From assembly GCA_963819655.1 (NCBI GenBank), contig CAWFXA010000002.1, forward strand, positions 384,001 to 448,000: a stretch of 64,000 nucleotides of DNA, given 5' to 3'. Below the pieces are notes generated by a model. That model searched no databases. It worked only from the letters and a program-made list of their open reading frames with translations, and had not been told where the DNA came from. Each line of letters starts with the position of its first letter. Within the stretch, counting starts at the first letter, position 1. The DNA is from an uncultured Chloroflexia bacterium. GTDB taxonomy: Bacteria; Chloroflexota; Limnocylindria; Limnocylindrales; CSP1-4. The position numbers were made by a program, and so were the translations under genes. Shown here in pieces: positions 51,150 through 60,338 of this stretch.

Positions 51150-51463
51150 GCGACAGCCTCGACACCTACCTGATCCTGTCCGGGATCCTCTTCGCGATCG
51201 GCACGTTCGGCTTCCTCGCGCGGCGCAACGCGATCAGCATGCTCATGTCGATCGAGCTGATGCTCAACGCGGTCAACCTGACGATCGTGGCTTTCGGCCT
51301 GTTCGGGCCCCGCCCCGACGCGATCGCCCAGGGCGCGGTGTTCGCGCTGATGGTCATGGCGGTCGCTGCGGCTGAGGCGACGGTCGGGCTGGCGATCGTC
51401 ATCGCGATCTACCGCAACAAGAGGACTCCGCTAGTCGATGAGTACGACTCCATGAGGCAGTGA
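51146..51463 (+). CDS. nuoK: NADH-quinone oxidoreductase subunit K
   Basis: [28 protein letters not shown]. Confidence 0.96.
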   Translation: MSDSLDTYLILSGILFAIGTFGFLARRNAISMLMSIELMLNAVNLTIVAFGLFGPRPDAIAQGAVFALMVMAVAAAEATVGLAIVIAIYRNKRTPLVDEYDSMRQ

Positions 51464-51486
51464 TGGGGCTGCGGCGGACAGTTCGG

Positions 51487-51648
51487 CGTGCCACCGGGCA
51501 GCCGATGGCGGCGTTGCCGACTGCGGGCGATCGCTCACGCATACCGCCCCGAGGCCTGAGGCGACGCCCCACGAGCCATCAGCCCGAGGGTTCGTGCGCT
51601 CGCTCCCGTCCTCGTCGGCGCCTTGCCCTCGGCTCCCCCGCTGACACG
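51487..51648 (+). repeat. Structured intergenic hairpin repeat, copy 4 (expanded apical loop)
   Basis: GCCGATGGCGGCGTTGCCGAC...TCGCTCACGCAT-[~50 nt]-GTGCGCTCGCTCC...GTCGGCGCCTTGCCCTCGGC. Confidence 0.78.
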
Positions 51649-51704
51649 CACGGTAGTTCGGCAGACATGCACGGTCGTTCGGGCGGGCTGCCGGGCAGTT
51701 CCAC

Positions 51705-53696
51705 GTGACGATCGAGACGCTGCTGCCGCTCCTGCTCGTCCTGCCGATGGCGGGCTTCCTCATCACGGCGCTGATCGGCCGGCGGCTGGGCAAGCAGGCG
51801 CACTGGATCCCGGTCGGGGTCATCTTCCTGGCCTGGATCGTCGCGATGCTGGCGGTGTGGAACGTGCTGACAGGGGCGGCGCCCTTGCTGCCCGGCTCAG
51901 AGGACACGCACGGTTACGTCGTCGGGCCGTGGGAGTGGATCCCGGCCGGCGGCTTCCACGTCGAGCTCGGGATCCTGGTCGACCCGCTGACCGCCTGCCT
52001 GCTGATCGTCGTCACCACGATCGGCCTGCTGGTCCACGTCTACTCGATCGGCTACATGAGCCACGACCCCGGCTACTGGCGGTTCTTCGCGTACATGAAC
52101 CTGTTCATGTTCTCGATGCTGCTGCTGGTGCTCGCCGACAACTGGCTGGTCCTGTTCGTGGCGTGGGAGCTGGTCGGCCTGTCGAGCTACCTGCTCATCG
52201 GCTTCTGGTACCGCAAGCGGAGCGCGGCTCTTGCCGCCAAGAAGGCGTTCATCGTCAACCGGGTCGGCGATGTCGGGTTCGCCCTCGGGATCATGGCCAT
52301 CTTCCTGAACACGGGCACGCTGAACGTTCGCGAGTCGATCGAGATCCTGATCAACCCGACGCTCGTCGCCTTCCCGATCCCCGTCCCGATCGTCGCGCTG
52401 TTGGTCTTCGCCGGTGCCATGGGCAAGAGCGCCCAGTTCCCGCTCCACGTGTGGCTGCCGGACGCGATGGAAGGCCCGACTCCGGTGTCGGCGCTCATCC
52501 ACGCGGCCACGATGGTCAACGCCGGCGTGTACCTCGTGGCCCGTGCCAACCCGCTGTTCGCGGCCGCGCCGTCCACGATGGTCGTCGTCGCGGCGATCGG
52601 CATCTTCACGGCGATCCTGGCCGCGTCGATCGCGATGACCCAGACCGACATCAAACGGGTGCTCGCGTACTCGACGCTATCCCAGCTCGGCTACATGTTC
52701 GCGGCGCTCGGGGTCGGCGCGTTCACCGCGGCGATCTTCCACCTCATGACCCACGGCTTCTTCAAGGGCCTGCTGTTCCTCGGATCGGGCTCGGTCATCC
52801 ACGCCGTCCACGACGAGCAGGACATGCGCCGGATGGGCGGCCTGGCGAAGAGGATCCCCATCACCTACGCCACGATGCTCGTGGGCTCGATCGCGATCTC
52901 CGGGATCCCACCGCTTGCCGGATTCTTCTCGAAAGACGAGATCCTCGGCGAGGCCTTCAAGTTCGGCTTCTACTGGGTCTGGGCGGTCGGCCTGTTCGTG
53001 GCGCTGCTGACCGCGTTCTACATGTTCCGGCTCATGGGTCTGACCTTCTGGGGCGTGTTCCGCGGCCCAAAGGAGATCTGGGACCGCATCCACGAATCAC
53101 CGGCAGTCATGACCGTGCCGCTGATCCTGCTGGCGATCCCGTCGGTGCTCCTGGGCATCGCCCTCGGTCTGCCGTTCGGCGACAGCACCATCCACCGCTG
53201 GCTCGAGCCGGTGTTCCACCACGCGACCGAGATGCTCGCCTTGCCGCACGAGCCGTACGCCCTGTTCGGCATCGACGGCGGTCTGATCCTCGCCAGTGTG
53301 ACCGTCGCCGTGATCGGCGTGGTCCTTGCCTGGCGCTACTTCGGCGTCGAACTGGGCGGGTTGCGGCTGCCGGCCCGGCCGGAGGTCGTCCGCGAGATCA
53401 GCGCGAGGCCCGGTCTATCCTTCCTGTACCGCGCCTCGCTCAACAAGTGGTGGTTCGATGAGCTCAACCACCTGCTCTTCATCGTCATCGGCGGAAGGCT
53501 GGCGCAGGCGATCTGGTGGTTCGACCGCGAGGTCATCGACGGGACCGTCAACGGCATCGGCAGCGCGACCATCTCGGTCGGCCGCGGCCTTCGCCGCGTG
53601 CAGACCGGTCGGGTCCAGAACTACGCGCTCGGGATCGCCCTCGGGCTGATCGTGATGGCCGGGTCATACCTGCTTCTCGCGGGGAACGGCGGATGA
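51705..53696 (+). CDS. nuoL: NADH-quinone oxidoreductase subunit L
   Basis: WELVGLSSYLLIGFW, GKSAQFPLHVWLPDAMEGPTPVSALIHAATMV, QTGRVQNY. Confidence 0.97.
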   Translation: MTIETLLPLLLVLPMAGFLITALIGRRLGKQAHWIPVGVIFLAWIVAMLAVWNVLTGAAPLLPGSEDTHGYVVGPWEWIPAGGFHVELGILVDPLTACLLIVVTTIGLLVHVYSIGYMSHDPGYWRFFAYMNLFMFSMLLLVLADNWLVLFVAWELVGLSSYLLIGFWYRKRSAALAAKKAFIVNRVGDVGFALGIMAIFLNTGTLNVRESIEILINPTLVAFPIPVPIVALLVFAGAMGKSAQFPLHVWLPDAMEGPTPVSALIHAATMVNAGVYLVARANPLFAAAPSTMVVVAAIGIFTAILAASIAMTQTDIKRVLAYSTLSQLGYMFAALGVGAFTAAIFHLMTHGFFKGLLFLGSGSVIHAVHDEQDMRRMGGLAKRIPITYATMLVGSIAISGIPPLAGFFSKDEILGEAFKFGFYWVWAVGLFVALLTAFYMFRLMGLTFWGVFRGPKEIWDRIHESPAVMTVPLILLAIPSVLLGIALGLPFGDSTIHRWLEPVFHHATEMLALPHEPYALFGIDGGLILASVTVAVIGVVLAWRYFGVELGGLRLPARPEVVREISARPGLSFLYRASLNKWWFDELNHLLFIVIGGRLAQAIWWFDREVIDGTVNGIGSATISVGRGLRRVQTGRVQNYALGIALGLIVMAGSYLLLAGNGG

Positions 53697-55348
53697 CGAA
53701 CCCGTTCGGGATCCTCACGGTCGTGACGTTCCTGCCGTTGGTCGGAGCACTGGTCGTCGCGATCCTGCCGAGCCGTTGGACTCGCCCGATCGCGCTCGCG
53801 TTCGCGCTGGCAACGTGGGTGGTCTCGTTGATGATGCTGATCGGCTACCTGCCGAACCGCGCAGGCAGCCAGTTCCTCTTCCTCGAGGCGTTCGACTGGA
53901 TCCCGATCTTCGGCATCCAGTACAAGCTCGGCGTCGACGGCCTGTCCGCCGCCCTCGTCGTCCTCACGACGACGTTGACCTGGATCTGCATCCTCGCGTC
54001 GTGGGTCCCGATCCAGACCCGGATCAAGGAATTCATGATCTCCTTCCTCGTGCTCGAGGTCGGGATGATCGGAGTGTTCCTGGCGCTCGACCTCTTCCTC
54101 TTCTACATCTTCTGGGAGATCGTGCTCGTCCCGATGTACCTCATCATCGGGATCTGGGGCGGCGCCAACCGCATCTACTCGACGATCAAGTTCGTGCTGT
54201 ACACGCTGGTCGGGTCGCTGCTCATGCTCGTGGCGATCCTCGCGACAGCATTCGCCTACCAGTCGGCCACCGGCTCATGGACCGGCGCGTTCGACCTGGT
54301 CGCCCTCCGCGCGCACGTCCAGACCGTCGGCTTCGCGCCGGTCCTCCAGGTCGGGGCGTTCCTCGCGTTCTTCCTGGCGTTCGCGATCAAGGTCCCGATG
54401 TTCCCGTTCCATACGTGGCTGCCTGATGCGCACACCGATGCCCCGACCGCGGGATCGGTCATCCTGGCCGGCGTCCTGCTCAAGCTCGGGGCGTACGGGT
54501 TCCTGCGGTTCGCGCTGCCGCTCTATCCGGACGCGGCCCATACGTTCGCCCCGACGATCATCGTCCTGTCGCTCATCGCGATCATCTATGGCGCGATCGT
54601 CGCCCTCGTCCAGCCCGACCTCAAACGGCTGGTGGCCTACTCCTCGGTCAGCCACATGGGCTTCGTGACCCTCGGCACATTCGTGTTCACCGAGCAGGGC
54701 ATCCAGGGCGCCATCCTCCAGATGATCAACCACGGCCTGATCACGGGAGGCCTGTTCCTGCTCGTGGGCATCATCTATGAGCGAACCCACGACCGGACGA
54801 TCGCGAAGATGGGCGGGCTCGCGGCCCGGATGCCGCTGTGGGCCGCGACGCTCGGGTTCTTCGTGTTCGCGTCGGCCGGCCTGCCCGGGCTGTCCGGTTT
54901 CGTGGGCGAGTTCCTCAGCCTGCTGGGGACGTTCATCGTCAATCCGCCGGCCGCGGCGGTCGCGACGTTCGCCATGATCCTCGGGGCGGGCTATCTCCTG
55001 TACATGTACGGTCGGGTCGTCTTCGGCGAGGTGTCCGATTTCATCGTGGGCCTGGGGGGCCACATCACGGACATGACGCCGACCGAGATCCTGACGCTCG
55101 CGCCGCTGGCGACGCTGATCGTGGTGTTCGGCATCCAGCCGGGTCTCTTGCTGACGCTCGTGCAGGGTTCCGTCACGGACACCATCGAGGCTGTGCGTGA
55201 CGGGGTCCCGCTCCCCATCAGCACCGAGGTCGTCGTGATCGGCCTGGGGTTGGTCATCGTGCTCGTCGTCGCGCGCACGATCTCCGCCGCGCTGAGCTCG
55301 CGGTCAGAGCGGACCGGGGTCGTGACCGAAGGCGGAGCCGCGCATTGA
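53693..55348 (+). CDS. nuoM: NADH-quinone oxidoreductase subunit M
   Basis: FYIFWE, IKVPMFPFHTWLPDAH, LKRLVAYSSVSHMG, GLPGLSGFVGEF. Confidence 0.97.
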   Translation: MTNPFGILTVVTFLPLVGALVVAILPSRWTRPIALAFALATWVVSLMMLIGYLPNRAGSQFLFLEAFDWIPIFGIQYKLGVDGLSAALVVLTTTLTWICILASWVPIQTRIKEFMISFLVLEVGMIGVFLALDLFLFYIFWEIVLVPMYLIIGIWGGANRIYSTIKFVLYTLVGSLLMLVAILATAFAYQSATGSWTGAFDLVALRAHVQTVGFAPVLQVGAFLAFFLAFAIKVPMFPFHTWLPDAHTDAPTAGSVILAGVLLKLGAYGFLRFALPLYPDAAHTFAPTIIVLSLIAIIYGAIVALVQPDLKRLVAYSSVSHMGFVTLGTFVFTEQGIQGAILQMINHGLITGGLFLLVGIIYERTHDRTIAKMGGLAARMPLWAATLGFFVFASAGLPGLSGFVGEFLSLLGTFIVNPPAAAVATFAMILGAGYLLYMYGRVVFGEVSDFIVGLGGHITDMTPTEILTLAPLATLIVVFGIQPGLLLTLVQGSVTDTIEAVRDGVPLPISTEVVVIGLGLVIVLVVARTISAALSSRSERTGVVTEGGAAH

Positions 55349-56844
55349 ACGGCACCGACATCAGCGCGATCGCGCCGCTCATCGCCGCGGTGCTGACCGC
55401 GGCCGCGGTGCTGGTCGTGGACCTCGTCCGACCCGGCCGCAGCGGCCCGGCCGTCGCGACCGCCCTGATCGGGCTGGCGATCACTGCGTTCGTCACGATC
55501 CAGGTCGGCATGAGCACGCTGACGGCGTTCAACGGGACCTACAAGGTCGACGCGCTCAGCACGTTCCTCGACGTCCTGTTCATCTCGATCGTCGCCATGA
55601 CCATCGTCTTCGCGCCCGACTACCTGCTGCCGCGCAACCTGCCGATCGCCGAGTTCGCGACGGTCCTCATCTTCGCGATGAGCGGGGCCATGCTGATCGC
55701 CGGGTCGGCGGACCTGCTGCTGCTCTTCCTCGGGCTCGAGCTGATGGTGCTGCCGGGCTACCTCCTGGCGGGCTATCACAAGACCGACTCGTATTCGACC
55801 GAGGGGGCCATCAAGTACTTCCTCCTCGGCTCGTTCAGCTCGGCGATCTTCCTGTTCGGCGTGGCCTTCATCTGGGGCCTGACGGGGACGACGCTGATCA
55901 ACAGCACCGACCCGGCCCAGCCCGGCGTCGCGCAGGCGCTCGCGTCGGTGGTGGCTGGGACCGCGCCGCTGTCGGCGGGTCTGGCGATCGGGCTCGCGTT
56001 CCTGACCACGGGCGTCGCGTTCAAGATCGCCGCAGTCCCGTTCCACTACTGGACCCCGGACGCGTACCAGGGCTCGCCGACGCCGATCACCGGATACCTG
56101 TCGGTCGGACCGAAGATCGGCGCATTCGCGCTGATCCTGCGGCTCTTCGTGGAGGCGCTCGGGCCGCTGGCCGCGTGGTGGCTGCCGGTCATGATCGTCC
56201 TGGCCGCTCTGACGATGACGCTCGGCAACCTCGTCGCGCTCACCCAGGACAACGTCAAACGGATGCTCGCGTACAGCTCCATCGCCCACACCGGGTACAT
56301 GCTCGTCGGGCTGGCGGCGTACGCCGGCGGCCAGGTCCTCGGACTCGAGGGGCTCCTGTTCTACGGGGCGGCCTACACGTTCATGAACCTCGGGGCGTTC
56401 GCGGTGGTGTCGGCCGTCCAGAAGAGGGCGGGCGTCACGTCGTCGCTCGAGAACTTCTCGGGGCTCGTGCGCCGTGAACCGGGCCTGACGATCTTGATGA
56501 CCCTGTTCCTGTTGTCGCTGGTCGGCATCCCGCCGCTCGCCGGGTTCTGGGCGAAGGCCTATGTCATCCTCGCGGCCGTGCAGGCGGGCGGATCGCTGAC
56601 CGTGCTGGCGGTCCTCGTCGTCCTGAACGCCGCGGCGGCGGCGTTCTACTACCTGCGGGTCGTCGTGTACATGTGGATGCGCGACCCCGTCACAGACACG
56701 CCGCCGCTCACCCATGGGGCGCTCCTGTGGGGCGGGCTCGCCACCGCGACGGTGCTCACGCTGGTGTTCGGGCTGTTCCCATCGGTGTTCGAGATCGTGC
56801 AGCACGCCGCCGCCGCGATCTCGACCCTCCCGGGCGGGGGCTAG
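55345..56844 (+). CDS. nuoN: NADH-quinone oxidoreductase subunit N
   Basis: EGAIKYFLLG, FKIAAVPFHYWTPDAYQGSP, KRMLAYSSIAH, GIPPLAGFWAK. Confidence 0.97.
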   Translation: MNGTDISAIAPLIAAVLTAAAVLVVDLVRPGRSGPAVATALIGLAITAFVTIQVGMSTLTAFNGTYKVDALSTFLDVLFISIVAMTIVFAPDYLLPRNLPIAEFATVLIFAMSGAMLIAGSADLLLLFLGLELMVLPGYLLAGYHKTDSYSTEGAIKYFLLGSFSSAIFLFGVAFIWGLTGTTLINSTDPAQPGVAQALASVVAGTAPLSAGLAIGLAFLTTGVAFKIAAVPFHYWTPDAYQGSPTPITGYLSVGPKIGAFALILRLFVEALGPLAAWWLPVMIVLAALTMTLGNLVALTQDNVKRMLAYSSIAHTGYMLVGLAAYAGGQVLGLEGLLFYGAAYTFMNLGAFAVVSAVQKRAGVTSSLENFSGLVRREPGLTILMTLFLLSLVGIPPLAGFWAKAYVILAAVQAGGSLTVLAVLVVLNAAAAAFYYLRVVVYMWMRDPVTDTPPLTHGALLWGGLATATVLTLVFGLFPSVFEIVQHAAAAISTLPGGG

Positions 56845-57794
56845 GCAGGCTGGGCTCCCGCCAGCTCCGGCCGCCGCGCCAGGGCGGAGAGCAGGCGGCC
56901 GACCTCGTGCGCGCCGGCGATGCGCAGGTCGGCGACGTCGAGCAGCTCGGACGGTGCCGGGCGGCTGGCGCCGTGGACCGCTACCGTGACCCCGACCTCG
57001 ACCGAGTGCTCGGAACGGCCCGGTTCGCCCGACCCGCGCGCCGCGGTGCGCGCCGCGATCACGGCCTCGAACGCGTCGATATCGCTCATCTCGTCACCGA
57101 GGGCGACCACGCCTCCCGGCCGATGCCGCGCGATGAGGCGCTCGACCGCCTCCCGCTTGCCGCCGGCGTCCTCCGGACGAAGATCGACGACCGTCCGACC
57201 GCGATAGTGGGCGAGCCCGTGGACCAGGCCTGCGCGGCGCTCGACGGTCTCGATCGCCCCGACGACTGCCGCCCGGGCCACAGCGACGTCGTCGGCCTGG
57301 CGGACGTGGAAGGCGACCGATGGACCTTTGCGCTCCACGAACAGCCAGGCGGGATCGCCGAGCTCCGCCGCGACGCCGCTGGCGAGGATCTCGGCAGATA
57401 CCCGATGGACGGCGTACGCGGGGTCGGTCACCGCGACCAGGGCCTCAGCGCGAGCGCCACGAGCCAGGACCCCGTGCTCCAGGCCGTGATCGCCGAGGTA
57501 TTCGACACCACCGACCCGCACGCGAGCCGCGACGTCGGCGACGACCCTGCCGGTCAGGACCGCGACGTGCAGCCGCTCAGGATGCTCGGTCGCGATGCCG
57601 CCCAGCTTTCGCAGGGCGCGCTGCGCCGACGGCTCGACCCGGGCGACGGCCGGGTCGCGCGACCCGACCGCGAGCGTCCCGTCGAAGTCGACGATGACCA
57701 GCAATGGCGGCCTGGCCGCGACGAGGGCATCGAGCGCCGCCGCGATCTCGGCGCCGGTCGACACGGCCGGCGCCGGTCCGCCGGCGGGGGTCAC
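56841..57794 (-). CDS. otsB: Trehalose-6-phosphate phosphatase (HAD)
   Basis: DFDGTL, LTGR, GDHGLE, ERK..SVAFHVR, GKREA, GDEMSDIDAF. Confidence 0.85.
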   Translation of the reverse strand: MTPAGGPAPAVSTGAEIAAALDALVAARPPLLVIVDFDGTLAVGSRDPAVARVEPSAQRALRKLGGIATEHPERLHVAVLTGRVVADVAARVRVGGVEYLGDHGLEHGVLARGARAEALVAVTDPAYAVHRVSAEILASGVAAELGDPAWLFVERKGPSVAFHVRQADDVAVARAAVVGAIETVERRAGLVHGLAHYRGRTVVDLRPEDAGGKREAVERLIARHRPGGVVALGDEMSDIDAFEAVIAARTAARGSGEPGRSEHSVEVGVTVAVHGASRPAPSELLDVADLRIAGAHEVGRLLSALARRPELAGAQPA

Positions 57795-58471
57795 GGCTGG
57801 ACGTCGACGCCCGGCATGATCGTCCGCAGACCGCTCGCCATGATGTCGGGGCCGATCCCGCCGAGGGCACCGTCGCGGATGACCCCCTCCTTGTCGATCC
57901 AGAAATGGACCGGCAGGGCGACGGCATCCCAGCGCAACGCCGCGGATCCGTCGCTGTCGAGCCCGAGTGGGAAGGTGGCACCGAGCTGCTCTGCAAAGGC
58001 CGCAACGATGCCCTCGTCCTCCTTGACGTCGACGGCGATCACGACCAGCCCGTCGGCCGCGTGGCGGCTCGAGAAGCGGTTCATGAGCGGGAACTCGTCG
58101 ACGCAGGGCGGGCAGTAGGTCCCCATGAAGTTGATCCAGACTGGCTTGCCGCGCAGATTCATGAGGTCGATCACGCCGCCGCCGACCTGAGGCACGACCA
58201 GCGCCGGCGCCGTCTCGCCGACGTGGAACGCCTGACCGCCGTCGCCCGACGGGGATGCCCCGGCCGACTGCGACGGACCACCGGAGGCGCTCGCGCTGGC
58301 GACCTGGGTCGGCGTCGCAGTCGGCTCGAGGCCGAGCGACGCGGACGGCTGGGGCGGCGGCGTCATCGCAGCGGAGGGCTCAGGGGCGAGGACGATGATT
58401 CCCCCGATGACCATCGCTGCGGCCGCGATACCGGTCAGGAGACCGGCGACGATCGAGATCCGGGGCCACAT
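57791..58471 (-). CDS. TlpA/ResA thiol-disulfide oxidoreductase, membrane-anchored
   Basis: N-terminal TM, Pro/Ser linker, GKPVWINF..YCPPCVDEFP, ALPVHFWIDKEG. Confidence 0.88.
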   Translation of the reverse strand: MWPRISIVAGLLTGIAAAAMVIGGIIVLAPEPSAAMTPPPQPSASLGLEPTATPTQVASASASGGPSQSAGASPSGDGGQAFHVGETAPALVVPQVGGGVIDLMNLRGKPVWINFMGTYCPPCVDEFPLMNRFSSRHAADGLVVIAVDVKEDEGIVAAFAEQLGATFPLGLDSDGSAALRWDAVALPVHFWIDKEGVIRDGALGGIGPDIMASGLRTIMPGVDVQP

Positions 58472-58542
58472 GCTGGCGCGGAGGGTACCAGTACCGACGG
58501 CCTGCGGCGTGCCTCGTGGGGCCACGGTACGATGCCCGTCCC

Positions 58543-59259
58543 ATGGCCGGCCCCACCGAACAGATCCGCACGCGCGTGCTGCCCGCGTTGCTCACCGCGT
58601 TCGGCGTGACCATCCTGGCGGCGGGGCTGCTGACCTATTCCGTCCCGGTCGAGGCGGGGCATCCGGTGGCCCCATCCGGATCGCCATCGCCCGAGCCATC
58701 GACCGCGCTCGTCCCGACGCCGACGCCGCTCATCACGCTGCCGCCGATCGGCACCGCCCGACCGACGCCATCCGAAGCGGCGCCGACGCCGCCTCCCGAT
58801 CGCGTGGCGACGCGCGTCCGCATCGCCGACCTCGACATCGATCTGGCGGTCGTTCGCGGCAACACGGGCTATCCGTACTGCAACGTGGCGATGTACCTGC
58901 CGTCGCTCTCGCAGCCCGGCTTCGGCCTGGCGACATACCTGTATGCGCACGCCCGTGAGGGCATGTTCCTGCCGCTCTTGCGCACGAAGGGCCGAGACCA
59001 GCGTGGACTCGTGGTCGACGTGTGGACCAGCGACGACTGGCTCTTCCAGTACCGCATCACCGAGGTCCGCCGCGACCAGGACGTCCAGGACGGCCTCGCC
59101 GACCCGGCGGCCGCGGCGACCGAGCAGCTCTGGCTGCAGACGTCGCAGGGCCCGAACCGCTCATTCGGTTACACCCAGGTCCTCGCCGAGCCGATCGGAT
59201 CCCGGCCGGCGAGCCACGCCACCGCCAACCCCAGGGCGCGCCCGGTCGTCTGCGGCTGA
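58543..59259 (+). CDS. Sortase-fold-like membrane protein with Ser in place of the catalytic Cys
   Basis: N-terminal TM + Pro-rich linker, RVRIADLDIDLAV, YLYAH, QLWLQTS (cf. TLxTC). Confidence 0.55.
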   Translation: MAGPTEQIRTRVLPALLTAFGVTILAAGLLTYSVPVEAGHPVAPSGSPSPEPSTALVPTPTPLITLPPIGTARPTPSEAAPTPPPDRVATRVRIADLDIDLAVVRGNTGYPYCNVAMYLPSLSQPGFGLATYLYAHAREGMFLPLLRTKGRDQRGLVVDVWTSDDWLFQYRITEVRRDQDVQDGLADPAAAATEQLWLQTSQGPNRSFGYTQVLAEPIGSRPASHATANPRARPVVCG

Positions 59260-59273
59260 TCCCGCGGCCGAGC

Positions 59274-60338
59274 CTAGATCCAGCCGATCCTGCGCAGGAA
59301 GACGGCGGCCCCAGCGGCGGCGGCAACGGTCATCGCGGTCACGAACCAGAAGCCGGCAGCCTCCTGGCCGCCCACGGCGGCACCGGCCTCACTCATGCCG
59401 AAGATGCCGGCGACCGCGCCGACTCCGGCGAGGATGACGGTCACCCCGGTCAGGCGCTTCATGATCACCGACAGGTTGTTGTTGATCTGAGTGAGGTACA
59501 CGTCGAGGGTCGCCGACGCGAGCTCGCGGTAGTTGTCCATCTCGTCCGTCAGCCGGATGACGTGGTCGTACACGTCACGGAAATAGACGATCTCCTTTTC
59601 GTCGATCAGCGACAGGTCGCGGTTGGTGAGCTGGTTGAAGACCTCCCGGGTCGGGCTGGCCGCCCGCCTGACTTCGATGAGCTCGCGCTTGAGGGCGAAC
59701 AGGCGCTCGAGGGTCTGGGGCGTCGGCTGCGCGATGACGGCATCCTGGATCTGGTCGATGGCGTCGCCGAGCCGGTCGGCGTACGGGAAGTAGCCGTCGA
59801 CGATGTCGTCGCTGATCGCCCAGAGGAGGTGGTCGGCCCCGTGGGCCATGACGACCGACAGATTCGACCGCAGCTGGTGCGACTGCCGTGGATCCCAGCT
59901 GCCGTCGTGCACCGTCATCAGGAAGCCGAGACCCAGGACGATGTCGATCTCGTTGATCGCGAGCGAGTCCGTGCGGTCCAGCGCGAACAGGACGATGTGG
60001 ATGACACCGTCGGTGGTTTCGATCTTGGCACGCTGGTTGCCCTCGAGGACGTCCTCGACGATCAGCGGATGGAGGGCCAGGGCCGACCCGACCGCCTCGA
60101 CCTGCTCGGGCGAAGGTCCGAGGAGGTCGACCCAGACGCAGGCGTCGGGCTGCGTGAGCAGTCCTGGCAGGGCCTTGAGGGCCGCGTCGCCCTCGAGCTC
60201 GCGAAGCGCACCACCGACCATCGCCCCAACGCGGATCCGACCGGGCCCGCTGGTGGATGTCGGCGCGCGGCGGCGGGCGACCGGTTCGCCGAGGCCGATC
60301 GCAGGGTCAGAGGATGAGGCCGGGGTCGGCAGCGCCAT
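59274..60338 (-). CDS. corA: CorA family Mg2+/Co2+ transporter
   Basis: LHPLIVED, QRAKIE, YFRDVYDH, IMKRLT, GIFGMS (GMN variant). Confidence 0.9.
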   Translation of the reverse strand: MALPTPASSSDPAIGLGEPVARRRAPTSTSGPGRIRVGAMVGGALRELEGDAALKALPGLLTQPDACVWVDLLGPSPEQVEAVGSALALHPLIVEDVLEGNQRAKIETTDGVIHIVLFALDRTDSLAINEIDIVLGLGFLMTVHDGSWDPRQSHQLRSNLSVVMAHGADHLLWAISDDIVDGYFPYADRLGDAIDQIQDAVIAQPTPQTLERLFALKRELIEVRRAASPTREVFNQLTNRDLSLIDEKEIVYFRDVYDHVIRLTDEMDNYRELASATLDVYLTQINNNLSVIMKRLTGVTVILAGVGAVAGIFGMSEAGAAVGGQEAAGFWFVTAMTVAAAAGAAVFLRRIGWI

